From Candidatus Methylomirabilales bacterium (GTDB taxonomy: Bacteria; Methylomirabilota; Methylomirabilia; Methylomirabilales; CSP1-5): DNA of 36,055 bases. The notes beneath the pieces were generated by a model. The model saw only the letters and a list, made by a program, of their open reading frames with translations, did no database searches and was not told the origin of the DNA. The DNA is taken from contig JBHIAH010000022.1 in NCBI GenBank assembly GCA_046758505.1, positions 1 to 36,055 of the forward strand, read 5' to 3'. This document shows, one piece after another, positions 8,133 through 16,314 of this stretch. The position numbers and the translations under genes were made by a program. Every line of letters starts with the position of its first letter. The first letter of the stretch is position 1.

Positions 8133-8417
8133 ATGCCCAAGGCGATGTGGCAAGGGGCCGTGCTGGCCGAAAGCGACCGGTGCGAGATCGTGGAAGGGAA
8201 CACCTATTTTCCACCCGACGCGATCAACCGGGAGCACTTCAGGGAGAGCGACAAGCACACCACGTGCCCGTGGAAGGGTGTGGCGAGCTACTACGACATC
8301 GTGGTGGGCGATGAGGTCAATAGGGATGCCGCCTGGTATTACCCCTCACCCAAGGAGGCGGCCGCGCATATTCGAGACCACGTGGCCTTCTGGAGGGGGG
8401 TGACGGTCGAGCCCTGA
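8133..8417 (+). CDS. DUF427 domain protein
   Basis: VEGN.YFP, T.CPWKG.ASYY, AAWYYP.PK and HVAFW.GV are typical of DUF427. GGAGGGAG RBS. Confidence 0.9.
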   Translation: MPKAMWQGAVLAESDRCEIVEGNTYFPPDAINREHFRESDKHTTCPWKGVASYYDIVVGDEVNRDAAWYYPSPKEAAAHIRDHVAFWRGVTVEP

Positions 8418-8594
8418 GAGCGCAGGGGACGGATCTCGGGACCCTTGGAATGCGGTCTGCGGAAATTCAGCAACGGTCCGACGTGTCGAGGGGTCCTTCC
8501 CCTATCTGATCTTTCCTGATTCGTCGAATGGATGGGTTGAGAATAATTCGACCCCCGCGACGTCTGTTCCGATAAGAGGGGGTGACAGCTGCGT

Positions 8595-9296
8595 ATGACG
8601 CCGCGTGCCGAGACAGGGGTCAGGCCGATATGGGGCGCCGTCGGACTGCTGACCGTGAGTCTTCTGTGCGCCCCCGCAACCGCGGTCTGGGCCCAGGAGG
8701 TGGTCGTCCTGGAAGTCGCCCAGGCCCAGGACGGGGTCCCCCGGGGATGGACGTTGTCCGAGAACGAAGGGACCGCGGAGCTGGCCCTTGTCAACGCTTC
8801 GGAGGGCCGGGCGCTTAAACTCCGCAGCAATGCGGCGTCGTATTCCCTCAACACAGAGGTTGACATCGACCTCACGAAAACCCCCTACCTCGAGTGGCAA
8901 TGGAAAGTCACCGCGTTGCCACGGGGGGGTGATTTCCGCCAGCGCGCGACCAACGACCAGGCGGCCCAGCTCCTCGTCGTTTTTTCGTGGGGGGTTTTTC
9001 AGAAACAGGTCATCGCCTACATCTGGGACACCACCGCGCCGAAGGGGACCACGCGGAAGGACCCTTCGTCAGCACTGGTCCCATTTTTGACCGTCCATAC
9101 GGTGGTGGTCGAATCGGGCGATGCGCAAAGGGGGAACTGGATGACCGAGAGGCGGAATGTGGTCGAGGACTACACACAGCTCTTCGGCGATGTCCCCGCC
9201 AGGGTCGTGGGCATCCGGATCCAGATCAACAGCCAGCACACCCAATCGCAGGCCGAGGCGCACTGGCGGTCTATAAGCTTTCGCGCCCATCCCTGA
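8595..9296 (+). CDS. DUF3047 domain secreted protein, paralog 1
   Basis: Signal peptide followed by P.L.W.WKV..LP..GD, D.AA, YIW, W..E.RNV.EDY..LFG and I.I.INSQHT. Confidence 0.8.
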   Translation: MTPRAETGVRPIWGAVGLLTVSLLCAPATAVWAQEVVVLEVAQAQDGVPRGWTLSENEGTAELALVNASEGRALKLRSNAASYSLNTEVDIDLTKTPYLEWQWKVTALPRGGDFRQRATNDQAAQLLVVFSWGVFQKQVIAYIWDTTAPKGTTRKDPSSALVPFLTVHTVVVESGDAQRGNWMTERRNVVEDYTQLFGDVPARVVGIRIQINSQHTQSQAEAHWRSISFRAHP

Positions 9297-9460
9297 GGCA
9301 GGCCCCGCCTTGGTTTCTCCTCCTCAGTGCTCCTTGCATATCACAAAATCTGCTACAATGCTTGCCACGGAGGCGGGTGGGCAGTGGGGGATGTGAGCGC
9401 CGGCCCTCAGGTCGAGGGCTAGGCTGTTGTCCGGAGCTCCGCCGCCAGCAGAGAGGGGGC

Positions 9461-10252
9461 ATGCCAATGTCCGGGATCCGTCGGTCGAGAGTGCGCCGGT
9501 TCGGGTCAACGCCGGTGATATTGTTCTTTCTCGTTACCCCGGGCATCCTTGTTTTCGGGTGCGCCGGGAAGACGCTGCAAGGAGCTGCGAAGCCGAGCGC
9601 TGAGGAGAAGGCCGACCGGGACCTGCGAGAGAAGTTGGCGAAGCAGACCGCAGCGAGTCGGCAACTGGACGAGAAGGTTGCCCAGCTCCAGTTACAGATT
9701 CTGGAACGGGAAACGCAGATGAGAGAAGTGCAGAAAAAACTCGATGAAACCATCCAGGAGGTCGTGCGGGCCAAGGCAAAACTGCATAGCCTGGAGAGCA
9801 AGGCCGAGGCCGCCTCGACCATGGCAGAAGCCGAGATTGCCTTGAAGTCCCTCAGGGCACGAGCGGCCGGGCAGGAAAAAGGTTTAGCGGTCACCCAGGT
9901 GGAGCATCTGTTGAAGATGAGTGCCGCGGAATTCGAAAAGGAGAACTACGGCGGCGCCCTGTATCTGACGGGCCAAGCGAAGAATCTTATCAAGGCAGGC
10001 GAGGCGCGGTTGATGAGCCGAGAGGGTATATCCATGCGGGCGGGGGAAGTTCTCTTCGCCGTACCGCTTCACCTTCGGGTGCTCAGGAGGAGCAACGTCA
10101 GGGAGGGTCCCGGTCTCGATTTCAAGGTCCTCTTCACCCTGGAGAAGGGTGCTGCGCTTGTCGGCCAGTCGTACAAGGGCCAGTGGGTGCGGGTCAAAGA
10201 TCAGAATGATCGCGGCGGCTGGATCTTTCGCACCTTGGTGCACGGGTGGTAG
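9461..10252 (+). CDS. Lipoprotein with coiled coil and C-terminal bacterial SH3-like domain
   Basis: Lipobox-like VFGC, a heptad-rich middle region and C-terminal SNVREGPG..F.V...L.KG...W.RV...GWI. Start chosen from the GAGGGGG RBS. Confidence 0.8.
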   Translation: MPMSGIRRSRVRRFGSTPVILFFLVTPGILVFGCAGKTLQGAAKPSAEEKADRDLREKLAKQTAASRQLDEKVAQLQLQILERETQMREVQKKLDETIQEVVRAKAKLHSLESKAEAASTMAEAEIALKSLRARAAGQEKGLAVTQVEHLLKMSAAEFEKENYGGALYLTGQAKNLIKAGEARLMSREGISMRAGEVLFAVPLHLRVLRRSNVREGPGLDFKVLFTLEKGAALVGQSYKGQWVRVKDQNDRGGWIFRTLVHGW

Positions 10253-10274
10253 GGGAGGCCACGGGGACAGTGAC

Positions 10275-12008
10275 TCATCTAGGGGGGGGCGCCCGCCTCC
10301 CCGTTTTCTTTCGCTGCCCGGCGCTGGCACGGATCACCCGGTTTCGCCCGCTTCGCTTGGCCTCGTACAGGGCGGCATCGGCACTCGCGATCACGGATTC
10401 GGGGGTGTCACCGTGCTCGGGAAACCCGGCAACGCCGATGCTGATTGTGATCCCAACCGGTTCGCTCCCGTTGTCGAATGTCTCTTCAAACACCCGGGTT
10501 CGAATCCGTTCGGCGGCCTCGAGGGCTCCGTCCGGCTCGGTTTCAGGAAGCATGACCAGGAACTCCTCGCCGCCGTAACGCGCCGCATATTCCACGCTGC
10601 GGATGGATCGGATAAAAATCGACGCCATCTTGGTCAGGACCGCGTCTCCTGCCAGATGACCAAAGCTGTCGTTGTACCTCTTGAAGTGATCAATATCGAT
10701 CATGAGGACCGAGAAGGGGTGGTCGAGCCGGCGGGCTCGTGTCGTCTCCTTGGTGAGGGTCTCCATCAAGTGGCTGCGGTTATGGAGCCCGGTCAGGCCA
10801 TCGGTGATCGAGAGTTCTTCCAGCTTCTTATTTTTCTGGCTCAGGGTTTTGTTGATGGCGCCCAGGGCCTCCCGCCCTTGGCGCAGGCGTGCCACCATGT
10901 GATTGAAGACCTCGGTCATGTACCCGACCTCGCCGCGGCTGACGACGGGGAGGTCTACCTCTAGGTCGCCGGCGGCGACCTTGGCCGCGCCGTCGGTCAG
11001 GCGATCCAGGGGGCGGACAATGGTGACCCCCAGGAGATACGCCGTCAGGCCGATACCCAGCAAGAGCCCCGAGACCATCAGGAACGTCAGATTCCAGAGC
11101 CGGACAAACTGCGCGTAGGCTTCTCCCTTCCCGATCTCAGCCACCACCGCCCAGTCCAGCTGGGGCAACGGCTTGAGGGTCCCCAGCACCTGTTTCCCTT
11201 GGTCGTCCGTATATTCGAGGGGGGCCGACTCTTTGTCCAGGAGGGCCCGGACTGTCGCCGGGGCCAGCTTCGTTCGCTGGGGGGGCCGTGAGGGAATCTG
11301 GGAACTGATGATCAGAGCCCCTTCCCCGGTGATGAGGGAAACCTGTCCTGTGTGACCCAGGGAGAAGCTCTTCAGGATCCCATCGACCGTGTGAAAATTC
11401 AGCTTGGCGGCGAAGGCACCCAAGAAACGGTCGTTCGCCGCCTTGATCGGCACGGCGATCATCATGACCGTCTGCTTTAGGCCGTTGTCCCAATAGGGAT
11501 GACCCAGGATGACCGTATCCTTTTTGACCTCTTGGAGCCAGTCCGGGGGGAGCTTCACGGCATCGGGCTGGCCGGCGCTGCTGGCCACCACATGGGCTTC
11601 CGGGTCGAGGACCAGGAGTTCTTCGTAGTGGACGAATTTTTTGCGGACCGAGTTGAGATAGTCTTTCAAGCGGCGGAGCGCGGGTGCGTCACTGCCCAGC
11701 GCTCGCTGCGCGTCAAGGACCTTCTCCAGATTTTCTGAAACCTCGTAGGAGCTGGAGAAGACGCGTACATCATAAAAGCGTTCCTTCAGCCATATGTCAA
11801 TCTCGCGGGTGGTGTGCGACGTGACATTTCGCAGTTCCTCGGTGACCTTTGCCGTGAGGGACCGCTTGTTGTACACATACGAGAGCCACCCCATCGTGAT
11901 CGAGGGGGTGAGGGTGGCCAGCAAGGCGAAGACGAGGATCTTGCTCTTGATGCTGTCCAGCCGAAAGATATGAAGAACGCTTGCGGCCGTCTCTTCCCAG
12001 GAGCCCAA
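10275..12008 (-). CDS. Membrane diguanylate cyclase (TM-dCache-TM-HAMP-GGDEF)
   Basis: Two TMs, HAMP (RPLDRLTDGAAKVAAGDL...EVG), DGLTGL, DIDHFK.YND.FGH.GD and ARYGGEEF. TTG start at 12008 preceded by AAGGAGG. Confidence 0.92.
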   Translation of the reverse strand: MGSWEETAASVLHIFRLDSIKSKILVFALLATLTPSITMGWLSYVYNKRSLTAKVTEELRNVTSHTTREIDIWLKERFYDVRVFSSSYEVSENLEKVLDAQRALGSDAPALRRLKDYLNSVRKKFVHYEELLVLDPEAHVVASSAGQPDAVKLPPDWLQEVKKDTVILGHPYWDNGLKQTVMMIAVPIKAANDRFLGAFAAKLNFHTVDGILKSFSLGHTGQVSLITGEGALIISSQIPSRPPQRTKLAPATVRALLDKESAPLEYTDDQGKQVLGTLKPLPQLDWAVVAEIGKGEAYAQFVRLWNLTFLMVSGLLLGIGLTAYLLGVTIVRPLDRLTDGAAKVAAGDLEVDLPVVSRGEVGYMTEVFNHMVARLRQGREALGAINKTLSQKNKKLEELSITDGLTGLHNRSHLMETLTKETTRARRLDHPFSVLMIDIDHFKRYNDSFGHLAGDAVLTKMASIFIRSIRSVEYAARYGGEEFLVMLPETEPDGALEAAERIRTRVFEETFDNGSEPVGITISIGVAGFPEHGDTPESVIASADAALYEAKRSGRNRVIRASAGQRKKTGRRAPPPR

Positions 12009-12039
12009 ACAGAAGCCCTCCTTTCCAGGCAAGGGGGCT

Positions 12040-12055
12040 TGCAAAAATTGAACCA
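12040..12055 (-). promoter_or_regulatory. Putative sigma-54 promoter for the diguanylate cyclase
   Basis: Minus strand reads TGGTTC-AATTT-TTGCA, 31 nt upstream of TTG 12008. Confidence 0.6.
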
Positions 12056-12102
12056 GAATATGAAAAAGCGGGAGGGAACCGAAACCCGTGCTGTTGGCGA
12101 CT

Positions 12103-12118
12103 TGTCCAACATGGGACA
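12103..12118. promoter_or_regulatory. Palindromic putative enhancer (UAS) site
   Basis: TGTCC-AACATG-GGACA (TGT-N10-ACA form), upstream of the 12040-12055 sigma-54 motif. Confidence 0.35.
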
Positions 12119-12243
12119 GGACCGATTGGTCGGGGCCGGTATGCCCTGGCGGGCGTCACCCCCGCGCCGGGGCGTACCCGGCGGAAAGGGAGAGGGCTCG
12201 GCACGGGGCGCCGGACCCTCTCCGCGACTGCGCGTTTCGAGGG

Positions 12244-13749
12244 TCAAGACTTCTTGACTTTGATCGCCTGGATCCACGCCCCGAGCTCACGGGCCGCAAT
12301 GTCCCGGCCACCGAGCCCGAAGGCGATGGCCACCGCCACGGCGACGGCCCCGAGCAGCAGCCCAAAGGCCAGGTTGATGATCTCGTTGGCGAGCCCCATC
12401 TGTCTCAGGGCCATGGCCCCCGCGAGCACCGCGATCGAGAGGCGCGCTGCCAGGGCGAGCAGCCCGGCTTGCGCCGCCTCGCTGGCCAGCACGGTCTTGG
12501 AGGCGACCTGGGCCAGATAGAGGCCGATCGCCAGAATCAGCAGCCCGAGGAGGATATGGCCGGCAAAGATCATAAACTGCGCCACCAGGTCTCCGACCGT
12601 GGCAAAGCCGAGCAGCCGGAGGGCCTCGATGGTGGCAAAGAGCATGATGGCGACCACTACGAGGTAGCCGACGATGGCGGAGGGCGTTCGCGTCTCTTCG
12701 GCCGTTGCGCGCGCCAGGCCCATCCGGGCGAGGAGCGCATTGAAACCGACGCCACTGAGCAGGTTGGTGATCAGGCTGCTCACCACGCGTCCCACCACAT
12801 AGGCGAGCGCCACAAGCAGGCCGGCAGCAAAGATGGCCGGAATCGCCTCGAGGATCACATTCAGCATGTTGCTGGCCGGCCGGGTGATCGCCTCCAGTGC
12901 GAGCCCGTTGAGGGCGGCGATCAGCACGGGGATGAGGATCAAGATGTAGACGACTTGGCCGAGCACCCCGGAGAGGCGTTGTGCGCCCAGCACCGGCGTG
13001 AGGCCCACCCGCTCACTGAGGCTATCCGCGCCGATGGCGACCAGCAGGTTGCTCACGATCCGCTGCACGATGCGGGCGACGAACCAGCCGACCCCGAGGA
13101 TCAGGCCCGCGGCGAAGAGGTTGGGGAGGAAGCGGAGAATCTGGTTCATCATATCCTGGACGGGCTGCAGGAGCCCTTCCAGGGCCAGGGTGCCCAGGAC
13201 CGCGGGCAGAAAGAGCAGAAAGACCAGCCAGTACACGGCATCGGCGAGCGACTGCGTCAGGGGGACGGGCCGCTCGGCCTCGAGTCCGACCTGGCTGCCC
13301 AGCCGCTGATCCAACCGGACGGCGTGCAGCACCCGGGAGATGAGCAGCTTCAGTATGCTGGCTATGATCCAGGCGACCAGCAACAGGAGGCCTGCGCCGA
13401 GCAGCTGGGGGGCGAACTCAAAGACTTGGCTCAAGAGCCGGTTGAGGGGTTCGGTGATGAGCGTGAGGCCCAGGGCCTGGAAGAACGCGACCAGCACGAA
13501 GAGCATGATCAGGTACAGGACCCCCTTGCCGATCCACCGCTCCACCTCGACGACTGTGCCCTCCTCCTCCCCCGCGATCCAGCCGGCCAGGCGACTGCCT
13601 GCGCCCGTGCGGTGCAGCCCTCCCCGGATGCCGGCCGCCACTCCCACCGCGACCAGCCAGCCGACGATCAGGATGGCTAGCGCCCCCAACAGATTGGGGA
13701 TGTATGCTCCGACCAGTTGCGTGATTTGATCCAAGATTTCTTCCATCAT
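12244..13749 (-). CDS. CmpX-like / mechanosensitive-channel TM-helix repeat membrane protein
   Basis: Repeated (Y/F).P.L..A.LIL..GW..A units and C-terminal AIAFGLGGRD.A. GGAGG RBS. Confidence 0.85.
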   Translation of the reverse strand: MMEEILDQITQLVGAYIPNLLGALAILIVGWLVAVGVAAGIRGGLHRTGAGSRLAGWIAGEEEGTVVEVERWIGKGVLYLIMLFVLVAFFQALGLTLITEPLNRLLSQVFEFAPQLLGAGLLLLVAWIIASILKLLISRVLHAVRLDQRLGSQVGLEAERPVPLTQSLADAVYWLVFLLFLPAVLGTLALEGLLQPVQDMMNQILRFLPNLFAAGLILGVGWFVARIVQRIVSNLLVAIGADSLSERVGLTPVLGAQRLSGVLGQVVYILILIPVLIAALNGLALEAITRPASNMLNVILEAIPAIFAAGLLVALAYVVGRVVSSLITNLLSGVGFNALLARMGLARATAEETRTPSAIVGYLVVVAIMLFATIEALRLLGFATVGDLVAQFMIFAGHILLGLLILAIGLYLAQVASKTVLASEAAQAGLLALAARLSIAVLAGAMALRQMGLANEIINLAFGLLLGAVAVAVAIAFGLGGRDIAARELGAWIQAIKVKKS

Positions 13750-14281
13750 TCCACCTCCGTCAATGTGATCATCAGCTTACGGCGAGGCTCCAGTATCCCC
13801 TTTTGCGGGGCAGGCTGGCCGTGGCCCGCGCAGAGGCGATTCCTGCCTTGGCCTTGGTATGCGGCGGCGACCTCCTGGCGGATGTTCTGCGGCAAACGAT
13901 TGATGGAGATGGAGGTGGTGCAGGCCTGCGACTGGAGCCTACGCCCCATCGATACATTCTTAGGGGTGCCACGGATCCGGCCGGTGGGTCAGGGTTTGCG
14001 CCGGTCCCGGCGGCACCGATCTCTGTGTGCGTTCCGGCAACAGGAGGCAAAACGCCTCGACCGTCCCATCGGACTGCGGAGGTTTCGGAACCTGTCGGCG
14101 GAGCGCCGCGGCTGCCCAAGGACGTGTCTGAACTGGGCCAGCGGGGGAGCGGAAAGATGCCCTGACCCGGCCCGTCGGGCCGCGGCTACCCGCACTCGTG
14201 GGGGACTGTATGAGAGGGGCTCCCCGGTTGTCAAACGGGAAAGTGGGGGAGGCGCGAAGGCGGTTTACCCCGTGGATATAC

Positions 14282-14297
14282 CGGCATGCAATTTGCA
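14282..14297 (+). promoter_or_regulatory. Putative sigma-54 promoter
   Basis: CGGCAT-GCAAT-TTGCA, 56 nt upstream of ATG 14354. Confidence 0.7.
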
Positions 14298-14353
14298 CTC
14301 CCATCCTCTCATCCACTTTGTTCCGTTCACACCGGGGGAGATGCGACGTATCC

Positions 14354-15061
14354 ATGAGGCAGCGTGTTCACGACGCGTCACGAAAGAGTGCCTGGTCCAT
14401 CGGACTCGTGGTCCTGTGCGTCTCCATCGTCGCTGGCGAGGTGGTTGCGGCCCCAAAAAAAGAGGTGGTCGTCGTCGATTTCGGGCAGGAAGTCGCCGGC
14501 GTGCCCCAGGGATGGAAGTTGTCGAAGAAGACGGGAGAAGCGGACCTCGCCCTGGTCGAGGACGGTAGCGGCCCGGTGCTCAGGCTTCGGAGCAATGCGT
14601 CTTCCTTTGCCATCCAGAAAGAGGTCAACATCGACCTCACACAGACCCCGTTTCTCGTCTGGGAGTGGAAGGTCACCGAGTTGCCGGAGGGGGGTGATTT
14701 CCGCACCCAAGCCACGGACGACCAGGCCGCCCAACTCCTAGTGATGTTTTCGCCGGACGTGTTGCGGACGGAGGTCATCGCCTATATCTGGGATAGCACG
14801 GCCCCGAAGGGGACGGTGGGAGAGCCTACTTTTCCCTCCGTCTATCCGTTCTTGCGCATGCGGACGGTGGTGGTCGAGTCGGGCGGTGCAGAAAAGGGGA
14901 AGTGGGTGACCGTGATGCGAAACGTGGTCGAAGACTACAAGAAACTCTTTGGTCGTAATCCCGATAACATTGATGGGATCCGAATCCAGATCAACAGCCA
15001 GCACACCAAATCGCAGGCCGAGGCGTACTGGAGGTTTGTGAAGGCCGCGGCCCGTCCCTGA
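14354..15061 (+). CDS. DUF3047 domain secreted protein, paralog 2
   Basis: Clear paralog of 8595-9296 (WKVT.LP.GGDFR, DQAAQLLV, IRIQINSQHT.SQAEA.WR) with a signal peptide. Start uncertain. Confidence 0.8.
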   Translation: MRQRVHDASRKSAWSIGLVVLCVSIVAGEVVAAPKKEVVVVDFGQEVAGVPQGWKLSKKTGEADLALVEDGSGPVLRLRSNASSFAIQKEVNIDLTQTPFLVWEWKVTELPEGGDFRTQATDDQAAQLLVMFSPDVLRTEVIAYIWDSTAPKGTVGEPTFPSVYPFLRMRTVVVESGGAEKGKWVTVMRNVVEDYKKLFGRNPDNIDGIRIQINSQHTKSQAEAYWRFVKAAARP

Positions 15062-15167
15062 TCCCCGCCTCCCCTGGGATCTCCCCGGCGACAGCCATCC
15101 CTCCCGCCGCGCCGCGAGGGCACGCCGGACGGTCTGTCGCGGGGAGATGACCAGGCGCGCCGCCGCG

Positions 15168-15617
15168 TTACGTCCCGCTTTGCTGGACAAAGTGGAGCCG
15201 GAGATTCGTCAGGACCTGCTGCAGCTCGTCGCGTTCGGCCGGCGCTGCCGAGGGGCTGAGTTGCTCAATCAGCGCCGCCGTGCAGTCAATGGCCAGCCGG
15301 GCTTGAGGCAAATCTTTGGTGACGAGACGGGTCGCGGGGTTGGGGATCAGCCCCATGTGGATCAACGCCCGCATCTCGAACTCGGCGATGAAAATGCGCA
15401 CGAGCTCGGGGAGGGGGGCGAGGTGGAGTGCTTGCTCGTTCCCCTCCGCTTCGGGGGGGGGCGTTTCGGCCTGTGGGGGGTGGGGGGGGTCCGGGGCCCG
15501 CTCCGCCTGCGACTCCGGTGCTCGCCCGGGTTCTGCAGCACCCTCCGACCCCACCCGTCGTCGGTCCGTCACCCGAAAGCTGGGTTCTTCCTCTTCGCCT
15601 GCCGCCTTGTTCGACAT
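15168..15617 (-). CDS. DUF1844 domain protein
   Basis: F.V.DRR N-terminus, AL..MG.IPNP, DL.QA...ID and L..LRL.FV. GGAGGTGA RBS. Confidence 0.8.
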   Translation of the reverse strand: MSNKAAGEEEEPSFRVTDRRRVGSEGAAEPGRAPESQAERAPDPPHPPQAETPPPEAEGNEQALHLAPLPELVRIFIAEFEMRALIHMGLIPNPATRLVTKDLPQARLAIDCTAALIEQLSPSAAPAERDELQQVLTNLRLHFVQQSGT

Positions 15618-15671
15618 CTGTCTCACCTCCACTGGGTCGCGCCATGCCGCCCGCCGTCGGGGTGGGGCCCT

Positions 15672-15700
15672 AGCATAGAAGCCTCCGTCGTCGGTCGCAA
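15672..15700 (-). promoter_or_regulatory. Putative sigma-70 promoter for the DUF1844 gene
   Basis: Minus strand reads TTGCGA-N17-TATGCT. Confidence 0.5.
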
Positions 15701-15722
15701 GCGGCAATCCCCGACGGCGGGG

Positions 15723-16142
15723 CTACTCGCCGATGATCTTGATCAGGACGCGCTTCCGCCGCCGGCCGTCGAACTCCCCGTAGAAAATCTGCTCCCACGG
15801 TCCAAAATCTAACTTGCCGTTGGTCACCGCCACCACGACCTCCCGGCCCATGATCTGCCGCTTCAGGTGGGCATCCCCGTTGTCCTCGCCGGTCCGGTTG
15901 TGGCGATACTGGGCCACCGGCGCATGGGGGGCGAGCCGCTCGAGGAAGTCGTCGTAGTCCTGGATGAGGCCCGATTCATCGTCATTAATATAGACGCTCG
16001 CGGTGATGTGCATGGCATTCACCAGGCAGAGGCCCTCGCGGATGCCACTCTTTTTCAGGGCGGCCTCCACCTGGGGCGTGATATTAAGATACGCCCGCCG
16101 GGTCTTGGTCTCGAACCAGCGCTCTTCCCGGTATGATTTCAT
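15723..16142 (-). CDS. yjbQ: YjbQ/UPF0047 family protein (secondary thiamine-phosphate synthase)
   Basis: [25 protein letters not shown] and [27 protein letters not shown]. Confidence 0.9.
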   Translation of the reverse strand: MKSYREERWFETKTRRAYLNITPQVEAALKKSGIREGLCLVNAMHITASVYINDDESGLIQDYDDFLERLAPHAPVAQYRHNRTGEDNGDAHLKRQIMGREVVVAVTNGKLDFGPWEQIFYGEFDGRRRKRVLIKIIGE

Positions 16143-16161
16143 CAGGTGCCTCCTTGAGAAC

Positions 16162-16303
16162 GCAGTCGGCCGCCGGCAGCCGGCCGTCGGCATTCATAAT
16201 TTCGGATTTGAGATTGGAATTTCGGAATTTCCGAGCATGCGATTGCCTTTCAATCTGAAATTCGAAGTTCGCAATCCGAATTGTGCTGCCGACGGCCGAC
16301 TGC
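16162..16303. repeat. Nested inverted heptamer-repeat array
   Basis: Outer GC(A/C)G(T/C)CG x4 pairs with CGACGGC and CGACTGC. Inner ATTTCGG-like units pair with CAATCTG, AAATTCG, AAGTTCG and CAATCCG. Confidence 0.75.
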
Positions 16304-16314
16304 GATTCGTCCGC

